From: an uncultured Gammaproteobacteria bacterium
Lineage (GTDB): Bacteria > Pseudomonadota > Gammaproteobacteria > Magnimaribacterales > TMED112
Length of the DNA stretch: 64,000 bases
Reading direction: 5' to 3'
Assembly: GCA_964575305.1 (NCBI GenBank)
Contig: CAZNPG010000004.1
Location: 5,647-69,646, forward strand
The position numbers and the translations under genes were made by a program. Below, piece after piece: positions 1 through 10,040 of this stretch (position 1 is the first letter of the stretch; the number at the start of each line of letters is the position of its first letter). The notes under the pieces were generated by a model that saw only the letters and a program-made list of their open reading frames with translations, did no database searches and was not told the DNA's origin.

Positions 1-2376
1 AAATGGACATAGACCAGCTGCTAAGAATGAAGCAGCATTATCAGGTGTTTGTCTAACAACTGCTGGGTTACTTATTACAGCACCGCAATTGTTAATATCA
101 TTTGATGATAGTCTCAAGAATAAATCTAATAACATATGGTTTTCTTCACCAAACAAACCAATTGTATTTGTTGAGTCAATTGACCAGACGTCATATGTAA
201 TCGTTAGATTATCTGTAGGTTCTATAACTAAACCAACAGTTGTATTTTGAGATTCTTCAGCAGTTAGTTTTGAACTACCCATAGCTTGTCTCTGAACACT
301 ATAACGACCATCTGAGTCATCAGTATCAACACCTAAAGCAATAGCATATTTTGTTGCAGCATCGTTTCTGGTGTTATTTCTAACGACCATGCTTTCGTTA
401 ATAGTAATCATGTTTGGAGCTCTAAATGTATCTTGTTGTGAGCCTCTTATTTTCACTAGATCATTTACTCTCCAACCAAAAGCTACCCTAGGTACACCAG
501 TACCTTCAAAGTCTGAATAAGCTTCTTGTCTGTATGCAAGTTGTAAGTCAAATTGCTCAACAACAGGAATATTCATTTCTGGGCTTACTAAAGGAATATC
601 AAATTCAAGATACACTGAATTAACATTTCGAGCACCATCACTATCTGGAGTAGGGCTACTGTTAGCTAAGTCAGAAACATATGGATATGAATCACCAGCA
701 CTTGTTGAAAGCTGACCACTTGTTTTTCTTTCTGTAAAGACAATAGTTCCATCTAATCTTGGGTCTCTATCATCTAAGAAAGTGTCATTTCTTGCTTCAA
801 GACCCCAAGCCATACCAACATCTCCACCTTTAATTGAAAAGACATCAGGCTTAGAGAATCTAAAGTCTGCTGTAGTCATAGTTCTTTCGTTGTATCTGTA
901 TGCATCTACAATCGCACCTGCTATATTGCCAGGCGTATAGTCAATTGGATTATGAGAGACAAAACCAGTTTGATAAACACCGCCACCATTAAATGGATTG
1001 TATGCACCAGGTCCTTCTTTATGAAGCAAACCGTCTAGAAGTGTGTTGGATACTCTGTTATGAGTAACATCAAAAGCTTCTGCTGTTGAGTAAGATACTG
1101 CAGATTCCCAATCCCATCCAGAATCAGTTACTCCTCTTAAACCAACAAGATACCTATTAGTTTCTTTATCGTTATCTACATTTCTTTGCCCAGCATCTAC
1201 AAATCTATAGTTATCCATTAGTAGAGCTTTACCTGTAAAGTTATAAAAGTTTGTAGCAGGCACAACAAATTTTACTGATGAGAAATGAGATACGGAGTGT
1301 CTATTACCGTTATATTCACTTTGGTATTGTCCCCACTCAGCAAATAATTCTCTTCCATCACCAAGGTCATGGTTTAAGAAAACAAACGTATTATGTCTCT
1401 GAACAGCACCTAATACATCTCTTTGACCGTTCCAGTTGTGTGTATAGTTGCCAGAGGAATCTGAAGCTGCACAAACACCGCCACCAAGATTCAATAGACA
1501 ATTTGCATCACCAGCAGCCTTAATTAAGAATTCACCTGAACTATCTGTATAAGGGGCACTACCACTCATATCAAATTGTCCCCATGCAGAGTTAGATGAA
1601 CATCTATAAAAAGCACTATCAAATTCTGCAGGCACTAGATCGCCATAGTCACATCTACCCATAATTTCATCTTCTGATGCGGCTACTCTATCTCTTTGGT
1701 AGTAACTGAAATACATAGAAACGTTTGTATTTCCGCCATTGAAATCTTTTCCATATTTCATAGAGAATTTATGATCATCTCTGTTGAAGTGTTGCCAATT
1801 TTGGAATCTTCCTCTCATTTGGAAACCTTCAAAGTTTGTATCTAAAACATTATTAACAACACCAGCAACAGCATCAGAACCATAAATAGCTCCAGCACCA
1901 TCTCTAAGAATTTCGACTCTATCTACAAGAGCAACTGGTATGTTGTTTGAGTTAACTGTAGCTACAGGAACGAAACTACCACCAACTTCTTCTGTTTGAT
2001 ATGAAGGAGTAGAAATCATTCTTCTCCCATTTAAAAGTACAAGTGTATTACCAGTACCTAATGATCTAATATCAAAGGCACCAACGTCACCTCTGGAAGC
2101 ATTAACACCGCCCCCATTTGAACCAACGTCATTGAACTGGTTTACACCTTGTTCGGTTAAAGTAGCTAAAAGCTCATCACCTGAATTAACACCTCTATCG
2201 TCGATGTCATCTGCAGTAATTACTGTCACAGGCAAAGCTTCGTTAATACGGGCACCTTTAATTTGAGTACCAGTAACAACCACTTCTTCTACATCATTGC
2301 TATCAGCTGATTCCTGCGCATTCACAGAAAAAACAACCGCACACATTAATAAAACTAAATATTTAATCTTGGTCAT
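1..2376 (-). CDS. TonB-dependent receptor, runs off the left window edge (C-terminus missing)
   Basis: Not in ORF track; hand translation from ATG at 2376: MTKIKYLVLLMCAVVFSVNAQESADSNDVEEVVVTGTQIKG...IRSLGTGNTLVLLNGRR...VDRVEILRDGAGAIYGSDAVAGVVN (signal peptide, TonB box, plug motifs). Confidence 0.93.
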   Translation of the reverse strand, partial: MTKIKYLVLLMCAVVFSVNAQESADSNDVEEVVVTGTQIKGARINEALPVTVITADDIDDRGVNSGDELLATLTEQGVNQFNDVGSNGGGVNASRGDVGAFDIRSLGTGNTLVLLNGRRMISTPSYQTEEVGGSFVPVATVNSNNIPVALVDRVEILRDGAGAIYGSDAVAGVVNNVLDTNFEGFQMRGRFQNWQHFNRDDHKFSMKYGKDFNGGNTNVSMYFSYYQRDRVAASEDEIMGRCDYGDLVPAEFDSAFYRCSSNSAWGQFDMSGSAPYTDSSGEFLIKAAGDANCLLNLGGGVCAASDSSGNYTHNWNGQRDVLGAVQRHNTFVFLNHDLGDGRELFAEWGQYQSEYNGNRHSVSHFSSVKFVVPATNFYNFTGKALLMDNYRFVDAGQRNVDNDKETNRYLVGLRGVTDSGWDWESAVSYSTAEAFDVTHNRVSNTLLDGLLHKEGPGAYNPFNGGGVYQTGFVSHNPIDYTPGNIAGAIVDAYRYNERTMTTADFRFSKPDVFSIKGGDVGMAWGLEARNDTFLDDRDPRLDGTIVFTERKTSGQLSTSAGDSYPYVSDLANSSPTPDSDGARNVNSVYLEFDIPLVSPEMNIPVVEQFDLQLAYRQEAYSDFEGTGVPRVAFGWRVNDLVKIRGSQQDTFRAPNMITINESMVVRNNTRNDAATKYAIALGVDTDDSDGRYSVQRQAMGSSKLTAEESQNTTVGLVIEPTDNLTITYDVWSIDSTNTIGLFGEENHMLLDLFLRLSSNDINNCGAVISNPAVVRQTPDNAASFLAAGLCPF

Positions 2377-2482
2377 ATTGAAAAACCCCTCTCGTTAAAA
2401 CCTATTTAACTAAAAATAGTTAGTTTTTTCAACCTTTTAAACATCTTTTAACTTTACTAAAATTCTATAAAATAAGGGGTCT

Positions 2483-2558
2483 GGGGCCATAGCTCAGCTG
2501 GGAGAGCGCAACACTGGCAGTGTTGAGGTCAGGGGTTCGATCCCCCTTGGCTCCACCA
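2483..2558 (+). tRNA. tRNA-Ala(GGC)
   Basis: GGGGCCATAGCTCAGCTGGGAGAGCG...CAACA-CTGGCAG-TGTTG...GGTTCGATCCCC...GGCTCCACCA; cloverleaf with encoded CCA. Confidence 0.97.
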
Positions 2559-2637
2559 TTATTTTAGAATAGATTAAATGGCTGCATTTTTAGTGCTTTT
2601 AACGTAAATAATCTATTGCTCTAGTATGATTAAACCA

Positions 2638-3741
2638 ATGCGTATTATTTGTTTTCTTTCTATCTTTTTACTAAGTGCTTGTGGAGGTAGTGGTAGTAGC
2701 GGCACAGATGTAAGCTTACCAGACACATTCATAAGTATTTCGACAAACCAGAATGCTCAACTTGTGACTAAGACTGTTACTTTAACTTGGTCTAGTGTTG
2801 GAGCAGATAATTGTACAGCAAGCGGCGACTGGGAAGGCGATAAAGGTTTAAGTGGATCCGAAGAGGTAGAGGTAATAAAAGTTGGTACAAATTTATTCAC
2901 TCTTATATGCCAAGCACAGAGTTACCATCATAAAGAAGCTAATGTAAGGGTAGAAGGATACATAACAGAAAACAAAACAATTCAGCAAACTGTGGGAAAC
3001 ATTTCGGTAAATAGAGAGTTTTACATAAGATACCCTCAGAATCCTGTTGAGAATCAATACCCTTTAGTATTTATTTTTCATGGTGCTGGTGGCAATGGTG
3101 AACAGGAAATGAATCGTCATGCCGAAATCTTAAACTTAATTGATGAAGGAAAATTTATCGGTATATTCCCAACAGGCTTTGAAAATAGATGGAATGTAAG
3201 TGGTGAAACAAATGCAGATGACGTTGAATTCTTCGATTTAATGATTACTGAACTGAACAACTCTTCTATTTTTGATACAAACAATACATATGCAATTGGA
3301 ATCTCAAATGGAGCTGGAATAATCAATAAAATTGCTAAAGAAAAGGATTTGTTGAAAGGAATTGCTCCCTTAATAAGTCAACAATCTGAACCAGTTGGAG
3401 AGATAGTCCCTGGTATTCCATTATCTGTTTATCAAGTTAACGGTGAAAATGATGATCTTGTACCTATTGAGGGAGGATCAGGTGTTGCTGGCACAATATT
3501 TATGTCTGCTAAAGCTAGTGCTGAGAATTGGGCTATAAATTTTAATTGCTCAATGACACCAAATGAAGAAGAAATCTATTGGGGATCATTTGAGGTAGCA
3601 GAATTTACATATGCAGATTGTTTGAATGGAGTTGAAGTTAAATATTTTGTTGTAAAAGATTCTGGCCACAATATACAATTTGAAAACCAAATTGATTTAT
3701 TTAATCAAATTTGGGAGTTTTTTATTAGAACAACTAATTAA
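2638..3741 (+). CDS. Lipoprotein: Ig-like N-terminal region plus alpha/beta-hydrolase (PHB-depolymerase/LpqC-like esterase)
   Basis: Lipobox LSAC then GGSGSSG; FHGAGG oxyanion motif, GISNG nucleophile elbow, GENDDLVP, GH. Start moved from 2626 to 2638 because TATGAT (2625-2630) lies 7 nt upstream. Confidence 0.75.
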   Translation: MRIICFLSIFLLSACGGSGSSGTDVSLPDTFISISTNQNAQLVTKTVTLTWSSVGADNCTASGDWEGDKGLSGSEEVEVIKVGTNLFTLICQAQSYHHKEANVRVEGYITENKTIQQTVGNISVNREFYIRYPQNPVENQYPLVFIFHGAGGNGEQEMNRHAEILNLIDEGKFIGIFPTGFENRWNVSGETNADDVEFFDLMITELNNSSIFDTNNTYAIGISNGAGIINKIAKEKDLLKGIAPLISQQSEPVGEIVPGIPLSVYQVNGENDDLVPIEGGSGVAGTIFMSAKASAENWAINFNCSMTPNEEEIYWGSFEVAEFTYADCLNGVEVKYFVVKDSGHNIQFENQIDLFNQIWEFFIRTTN

Positions 3742-3764
3742 AATTAAAACACTTAGGGGGGAAG

Positions 3765-4244
3765 ATGGAGATTTCATTAATAGGTTGGATACATACAATT
3801 TTAGGGACTTTAGCAATATTTGTTGCTGTTTTTATCATTATTGCTCAAGGCTCCATAACCAAGAATAATTTCTTGGGAAAGTTTTATATAATTGCTACTT
3901 TTATCACTGCGTCTACAGCCTTAATGCTTTATAAGAATGGTGGTTTCAATCTTGCTCATCTACTAGCAATATTTACATTGATTGCAATTTTGTTGGGATT
4001 GGCTTCTGAAAGATTCAGTTTTTTTGGTTTATCTAGGTATATCCAAGCAATATCTTACACAGGCAGTGTGCTTTTTCATTTAATACCGGGGATCGCAGAA
4101 GTGAATAAAAGACTACCATTAGATAACCCAATGGGTTTATCTGTTTTAGACCCTCTCAACATCAAATACTACCTGATATTTACAGCTGTCATAGGTATAA
4201 CAATTCTTGTCCAAATATATCTTATTTGGAAGAAAAAAATTTAA
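3765..4244 (+). CDS. Multi-pass membrane protein (DUF2306-like)
   Basis: About five hydrophobic segments; conserved-looking His residues (WIHTILG, LAHLLA, LFHLIPG). Confidence 0.55.
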   Translation: MEISLIGWIHTILGTLAIFVAVFIIIAQGSITKNNFLGKFYIIATFITASTALMLYKNGGFNLAHLLAIFTLIAILLGLASERFSFFGLSRYIQAISYTGSVLFHLIPGIAEVNKRLPLDNPMGLSVLDPLNIKYYLIFTAVIGITILVQIYLIWKKKI

Positions 4245-4684
4245 GCGTTATTTTTTTTCCAGAAAGAATGGAGCAGGTAGAACCAAAAGGCGTTTATTAC
4301 AGGTTCCACAAAAGCATCTATAGCAGCTAAATTTAGAGATGCATTAAAGATTAATGCGGCACATATTGTAGCTAAACAAATATGCCCGATAGTGTAGACA
4401 ATTGTGAGAACTAAGTCTGATAGTTTTGTTTTAAAGAACTCATGTAACAGGTAAAACCAGAAACCATTTATTACAGGCTCCACAAAAGCATCTAAAGCAG
4501 CTAGATTTAGAGATGCATTAAAGATTAATGCGGCACAAGTTATAGCTATTATGATATGTCCAATGGTATAGATAAAAGCTAAACCTATACTACCAAGACT
4601 CCTGCTTCTTTGTTCAATTAATGATGCAAGTTTTTTACTTGGTTCAGTGGTGCTTTCTTTAATAATATTGGCTAATTCAGTCAT
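4241..4684 (-). CDS. Membrane protein with two tandem DUF2061-like repeats
   Basis: YTIGHIIIAITCAALIFNASLNLAALDAFVEPVINGFWFYLLH repeated at a 58-aa period. Confidence 0.6.
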   Translation of the reverse strand: MTELANIIKESTTEPSKKLASLIEQRSRSLGSIGLAFIYTIGHIIIAITCAALIFNASLNLAALDAFVEPVINGFWFYLLHEFFKTKLSDLVLTIVYTIGHICLATICAALIFNASLNLAAIDAFVEPVINAFWFYLLHSFWKKNNA

Positions 4685-4688
4685 TTGG

Positions 4689-5435
4689 TTAGTACAAGCT
4701 TAACTCTTTTTTACCTTGAATATAGGCTTTCCATGCTATTTCTTGTAAAAAAATTCTATCTTCATCAGTAATAGAATTGTAATAATTAAACTTAAGGCCA
4801 ACAGGCGATGTTTGTGTAATTGAAGCAACTACGGTAGCAGCTGCGAGATATGTACCTAAAGGCCCAGGATGAGTGCCATCTATATGGTGAAGTTTAATAT
4901 TAGATCTAGCAGCATAAGCCAGCTCATATGCCAGACCTACAGGGATTACAATTGAATCACTTGCTTCAGCTGCAGAATAATATGTTGTTTTAATTTTTTT
5001 TATCAAATTTGGCTCGTATCTACTATCTGCTTTTGTATATGCATGTGTCATGTAAAGGGCAGTAGTAATACCAAGATTTTGTGCTTTTTCTGCATAATTT
5101 ATTGCAGTAGCTATAAACTCATTTTGATTCTGCTTGTTTGTAACTTGAGTGCTTCCACCTTGCATTACTAATAAGTCAATTTGCTGGTCTAGGTTTAAAT
5201 TTTTAAAGTCTAATAGATGGTCGATATTATGGTGATGTAACCTAGAACCACCTATTGCTGATAATTTAGTTTCAATATCAGAGTCATAATGTTCACGTAA
5301 CATAAATTCAACGTAATTATGAACACTGTTGTTGTAGTAGAGATAGCTATTACCAACGAACAAAATATTTTTTGGTTGTTCAGCATTTATGCTACAAGCA
5401 AAAATGCAGAGTAGGACAATTCTAATTAATTTCAT
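4689..5435 (-). CDS. Secreted SGNH/GDSL-like hydrolase (DUF4886-like)
   Basis: Signal peptide; ILFVGNSYL block I; DGTHP block V. Confidence 0.7.
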   Translation of the reverse strand: MKLIRIVLLCIFACSINAEQPKNILFVGNSYLYYNNSVHNYVEFMLREHYDSDIETKLSAIGGSRLHHHNIDHLLDFKNLNLDQQIDLLVMQGGSTQVTNKQNQNEFIATAINYAEKAQNLGITTALYMTHAYTKADSRYEPNLIKKIKTTYYSAAEASDSIVIPVGLAYELAYAARSNIKLHHIDGTHPGPLGTYLAAATVVASITQTSPVGLKFNYYNSITDEDRIFLQEIAWKAYIQGKKELSLY

Positions 5436-5857
5436 TTGATAATATCTTTATGCATGGCTGTAAATTTTACAATGCTTATCAAATCTTCATTTTCATTTGT
5501 TATCTCAACATTCCAAACTGATGTGCTTTTGCCTATATGAATAGGAGTAGCTTTAGCAAAAACAAATCCATCTTTCACAGACTTTAAATGATTAGCATTC
5601 AAATTTAAGCCGACAACATTCTTTTTTTCAGGATTAATGCATAGAAAAGCAGCAAAACTCGCAACACTCTCTGCAAGAACGCAAGATGCTCCACCATGTA
5701 ATAGACCTAAAGGTTGTTTAGTATGATCATTCACAGGCATCTTAGCCGTTAAAAAATTAACTCCTAATTCCAAATATTCAATGCCAAGAGTTTTGTCGAT
5801 GCCTGTAGATGCATCTTTGAGGCTTATTTCCGAATAATCTTTAAACCAAATACTCAT
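5432..5857 (-). CDS. Hotdog-fold acyl-CoA thioesterase (PaaI/YdiI family)
   Basis: QPLGLLHGGASCVLAES; LNANHLKSV. Confidence 0.9.
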   Translation of the reverse strand: MSIWFKDYSEISLKDASTGIDKTLGIEYLELGVNFLTAKMPVNDHTKQPLGLLHGGASCVLAESVASFAAFLCINPEKKNVVGLNLNANHLKSVKDGFVFAKATPIHIGKSTSVWNVEITNENEDLISIVKFTAMHKDIIK

Positions 5858-6081
5858 AACAGAATTATATATAAAAATTAAAAATTATTTTTTTGCAAAA
5901 AAAAGCATAATTAACATAAAAATTTAAAAAAAATTAAGAAATAGAGCTAAAAATTATTACAAAAGTACATTTTTTACATAAAAAAGTTCTGTTTTTGTAA
6001 TATTAAGATTAGAATCTCAATTAATATCGCTGCTTACAATTTTAATTAGAATGTCTGGCCCAACTTCCATTCTTTGATTTG

Positions 6082-7431
6082 TTAAGTAGCGATACCTTTT
6101 CTTTTTTTAATAAGATCCTTTGTATAATTTAACATTGAATTTTTATCTTCTATCTGTTCATTCACAGAACATGACAGATATTCATTATTTGCAGGCAGCC
6201 AAGGATTGAATGAGCTAAAGCCAAGATTTTCTTTCTTAGAATTCCATGGCATTGGAGTTCGACAACCATCTCTACCTTTAAAGTCAGGCCAAAAATTTTT
6301 GCCAAAAGGGTCTTGTAGATCTTTAAAAGCTACATTAGTTTCTGTTAAACCAAGTTCTTCCCCTTGATATATACAGATATTACCTTCAAGTTCTAGCAGT
6401 TTTTTCATTATATTTTTTGGATTTTCAGTTATTCGAGAAGCAATACGTTGTGAATCATGGTTGCTAAAAGACCAACAAGGCCAAGATCCTGGATTCTTTG
6501 TAAAGAAATCTTTTACTATTTTGTCTGTCTTAAGGAAATCAAAATCTTCTGAAAGAAATTCAAAACAGTAAGCCATATGCAATCTATTATTGTTTGCATA
6601 TTCGCCAATTATTTCCAAAGGGTTTTCAGCAACAATTTCACCTACAGATATAGCATTGTACTTATCAAGCATTGCTCTAATCCTAGTTAGGTAGCTTAGT
6701 GTTTCCGGTTGAGTGTTATCAAACTTATGCACTTGTAGCCCATAAGGATTATCTTTATTAAAACCTAGTGGTCGAACAAGTTTTGGATCTTTTGGAGGGT
6801 TATTTCTTAACTCTTTATCATGATATAAGAAGTTAATTACATCAAATCTAAAACCATCAACTCCGAAATCCAACCAAAACTTAATTTCACTTAACATCTG
6901 TTCTTGGACCTCTGTATTATGAAAGTTAAGATCTGGTTGAGACTCTAGAAAATTATGTAAGTAATATTGTTCTCTCGTTCTATCCCATTTCCAAGAACTA
7001 CCTCCAAAAACTGATAACCAATTATTAGGAGGTGTGTCTGGTGTACCATCTTGCCAAACATACCAATCTTTGTATTTATTGGTTTTTGAACTACGACTTT
7101 CTTTAAACCATTCATGTTCATCTGAAGTATGACTTAAAACTAGATCAGTAATTACGCCAATATTTTTTTTATGAAAAACATCTATAAGTTTCTTAAAATC
7201 TTCATTTGACCCAAAAATCTTATCCACCTTACGATAGTTTGATACGTCATAGCCAAAATCTTTTTGAGGTGATTCAAAAAAAGGTGATATCCAAATGTAA
7301 TCTACTCCTAGGTCAGAAATGTAATCTGCTTTACTTGATATTCCATTCAAATCACCAATCCCGTTTCCAGATGTATCTTGAAAAGATCTAGGATAAATTT
7401 GATAAATTACTTTGTTTTTCCAATTAATCAT
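6082..7431 (-). CDS. GH13 alpha-glucosidase, apparently lacking the C-terminal domain
   Basis: VIYQIYPRSFQD, GFRFDVIN (nucleophile), VGEI (acid/base), SNHD, GRDGCRTPMPW. Confidence 0.9.
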   Translation of the reverse strand: MINWKNKVIYQIYPRSFQDTSGNGIGDLNGISSKADYISDLGVDYIWISPFFESPQKDFGYDVSNYRKVDKIFGSNEDFKKLIDVFHKKNIGVITDLVLSHTSDEHEWFKESRSSKTNKYKDWYVWQDGTPDTPPNNWLSVFGGSSWKWDRTREQYYLHNFLESQPDLNFHNTEVQEQMLSEIKFWLDFGVDGFRFDVINFLYHDKELRNNPPKDPKLVRPLGFNKDNPYGLQVHKFDNTQPETLSYLTRIRAMLDKYNAISVGEIVAENPLEIIGEYANNNRLHMAYCFEFLSEDFDFLKTDKIVKDFFTKNPGSWPCWSFSNHDSQRIASRITENPKNIMKKLLELEGNICIYQGEELGLTETNVAFKDLQDPFGKNFWPDFKGRDGCRTPMPWNSKKENLGFSSFNPWLPANNEYLSCSVNEQIEDKNSMLNYTKDLIKKRKGIAT

Positions 7432-7511
7432 TTATCAGTAGATTAGCTCATTTTTCACCATAGGAATAATTTAATTTTTATATATAATCTTTACTATCTG
7501 GGGATTACATT

Positions 7512-8441
7512 TTGAGTTCTGAAACATTACTTATTGATTTGGGTGGGACAAACCTAAGGGCAGGTGTTGGTAACCCTGAATCTTTAAAAGTATCAGATGT
7601 CAAAAAATTTCCCATCAAAACAAATGACGACTTTTATAATGCTTTGGATTCAATAAATTCTGAGGCTAATTGTAATGAAATCATAATTTCTGCCGCTGGC
7701 CCATGTGAAAACAATACAATTTCCATGACAAATAGAGATCTTTCCATTTCAGGTACTGATGTTGAAAAAAGATTAGGTGCTTCAGGATGCTATTTGTTAA
7801 ATGACTGGGAATCTATTGGCTATTCTTTACCACTAATGAAAGACAATGATCTAAAAACCATTAAGCAAGGCAACTTAGATTTGCAGAATACTTGTCTTGC
7901 GATCGGTCCTGGCACTGGTCTAGGTTTTTCTGTGCTTAGGTATGTAAAAAATACTCCTTATGTATATGCAACGGAATTAGGAAACACAAAATCTTTTAAT
8001 GCATATTTCAGTAAGTTGTTTGAGGTGAATAATGATTTAGAATTTCTTGTTCTAGAAGATTTTCTTTCAGGGTCTGGTATAAAAAAGATTTATAAGGAGA
8101 AAAGTGGAGAAAGCTTAACCCCAGAAGAAGTAGTCGGAAATTATGGAACAAATGATTTAGCAACATTTGTTATCGATAAGTTTGTCATAGGCTTAGGTGT
8201 TTTGTTATCAGATTTGGCTTTAACTTTTAATGCAAAAGGGGGCATTTTTTTTGCAGGTAGTATAATGAGAACAATCTCAGAAATGAAAGCCATAAATATG
8301 CTTAAAGATAACTTTGAAAATCATCATTCAGAAGCCCACAATAATATTTTAAAAAACATTTCAATAAATTTAATTAACAAACAACATACGCCTTTGTATG
8401 GGAATTTGAATTATTCTGTCATAAGGAGGTTACATGAATAG
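7512..8441 (+). CDS. glk: Glucokinase
   Basis: IDLGGTNLR, LLNDWE, GPGTGLG, LEDFLSGSG; TTG start after a GGGGA RBS. Confidence 0.85.
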   Translation: MSSETLLIDLGGTNLRAGVGNPESLKVSDVKKFPIKTNDDFYNALDSINSEANCNEIIISAAGPCENNTISMTNRDLSISGTDVEKRLGASGCYLLNDWESIGYSLPLMKDNDLKTIKQGNLDLQNTCLAIGPGTGLGFSVLRYVKNTPYVYATELGNTKSFNAYFSKLFEVNNDLEFLVLEDFLSGSGIKKIYKEKSGESLTPEEVVGNYGTNDLATFVIDKFVIGLGVLLSDLALTFNAKGGIFFAGSIMRTISEMKAINMLKDNFENHHSEAHNNILKNISINLINKQHTPLYGNLNYSVIRRLHE

Positions 8442-10035
8442 TTTAGACTACTTAATAGTTGGATTTTATGCTGTTGCTCTTATAGCAATTGCAACTTACG
8501 TCTCTAGAACTAAAAAAGGAGAGGATAAAACACCAGAAGAGTATTTTCTGGCAGGTAGATCGCTTCCTTGGTGGGCTATAGGTACATCTTTAATTGCAGC
8601 AAATATTGCTGCTGACCAAATTATTGGTATGAATGGAGATGCCTATGCATTTGGAATGGCAATAGCAGTATACGAATGGACTGCAGCTGTAGCTTTAATT
8701 GTTGTAGGGAAGTTTCTGCTACCTGTTTATCTAAAACAACAAGTTTTTACTATGCCTCAATTATTATCTCAACGATACGATACGAGGGTGAGTAAATTAC
8801 TCGCTGTATTAATGTTAATAATGTATATCTTTGTGATTTTGCCCACTATTTTGTGGCTTGGTGCGAAAGCAGTAAACAATCTTACAGGTCTAAATTTAAT
8901 TATGGCTATGGTATTGCTGGGTTTATTATCTCTTGCCTACTCATTGTATGGTGGATTAAAAGCTGTCGCCTTTACTGATATTATCCAAGTTAGCTTGTTA
9001 ATTTTTGCAGGTTTATACGTTTCTTATGTAGGTTTAAATGCCATATCAGATGGAGCTGGAGCATGGGAAGGTTTTATGACCTTGCAAGCTAATTTCCCTG
9101 AAAAGTTTGATGCCTTATTATCTTATGTGCCTAAAGAACAAGATCCTGAAGCATATGGAAATTATGTAAAACTACCTGGTATATGGGTGCTGATTGGTGG
9201 TATGTGGATTGCTCATTTTTATTATTGGGGAACAAATCAATACATAACTCAAAGAGCACTTGGTGCTAAAAGTTTAAATGAAGCACAAAATGGCCTGATG
9301 TTTGCAGGTTTTTTAAAAATATTGATGCCTGTAGTTGTGGTTCTTCCAGGTTTAATAGCAGTTGCCCTTGAAGGCACAACTATACCTTCTCTTGAAGGCG
9401 ATAGAAGTAGAGCTTATCCATCCATGTTGTCATTGCTTCCTAATGGCATATTAGGGTTAACTTTTGCAGCATTGGTAGCAGCTATCGTCTCATCTTTAGC
9501 TTCACTAACAAACAGTGTTAGCACTATATTTACAATGGATTTATATAAAGGTGATATGTCAATGAACGATAAGAGTCTTGTTGGTGTGGGTCGAAAAGCA
9601 GGCCTTATTGGTTTGATTATTTCCATCATTGTTGCACCTATCTTCCTTGGAAGTTTAGACTCAGCTTTTCAGTATGTGCAAGAGTACATGGGTTTATTTA
9701 GTCCAGTAATATTATTTGTCTTCTTGTCAGCAATTATCTTCAAAAATTCAACTTCAAACTCAGTTTTATGGGGTTCTGCAACTGCCTTAATTGCAGGTGT
9801 AATAATGAAGCTTTATGTGGCAAATACTTCTGAATCATTAATTGAACCATTTATGCATCAAATGGCTATTTCATTTTTCTTAGCTTTTGTTGTCAGTAGT
9901 TTGCTCTCACCTAACAATGAGAATGCCAAAGTCTTTGCTTTAACTGCAGAGGATTTCAAAACCTCAAAGTTATTCAATATAGGGTCGATTACCATCGTTG
10001 CTATCTTGGCTGCAATATATATAAATTACGCATAA
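8434..10035 (+). CDS. Sodium:solute symporter (SGLT-like sugar/Na+)
   Basis: EEYFLAGRSLPWW, YGGLKAVAFTDIIQ, NQYITQRALGAK; many TM helices. Confidence 0.92.
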   Translation: MNSLDYLIVGFYAVALIAIATYVSRTKKGEDKTPEEYFLAGRSLPWWAIGTSLIAANIAADQIIGMNGDAYAFGMAIAVYEWTAAVALIVVGKFLLPVYLKQQVFTMPQLLSQRYDTRVSKLLAVLMLIMYIFVILPTILWLGAKAVNNLTGLNLIMAMVLLGLLSLAYSLYGGLKAVAFTDIIQVSLLIFAGLYVSYVGLNAISDGAGAWEGFMTLQANFPEKFDALLSYVPKEQDPEAYGNYVKLPGIWVLIGGMWIAHFYYWGTNQYITQRALGAKSLNEAQNGLMFAGFLKILMPVVVVLPGLIAVALEGTTIPSLEGDRSRAYPSMLSLLPNGILGLTFAALVAAIVSSLASLTNSVSTIFTMDLYKGDMSMNDKSLVGVGRKAGLIGLIISIIVAPIFLGSLDSAFQYVQEYMGLFSPVILFVFLSAIIFKNSTSNSVLWGSATALIAGVIMKLYVANTSESLIEPFMHQMAISFFLAFVVSSLLSPNNENAKVFALTAEDFKTSKLFNIGSITIVAILAAIYINYA

Positions 10036-10040
10036 TAAAT

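Noticed and set aside
1278-1523. 81-aa plus-strand ORF
   Set aside because: Antisense shadow of the minus-strand TBDR; the same applies to the many short ORFs nested in longer recognised genes
3756-3761. G6 run as a phase-variable switch
   Set aside because: Too short; better explained as an RBS
5888-5905. T8-GC-A8 palindrome
   Set aside because: Low-complexity AT sequence with negligible stem stability
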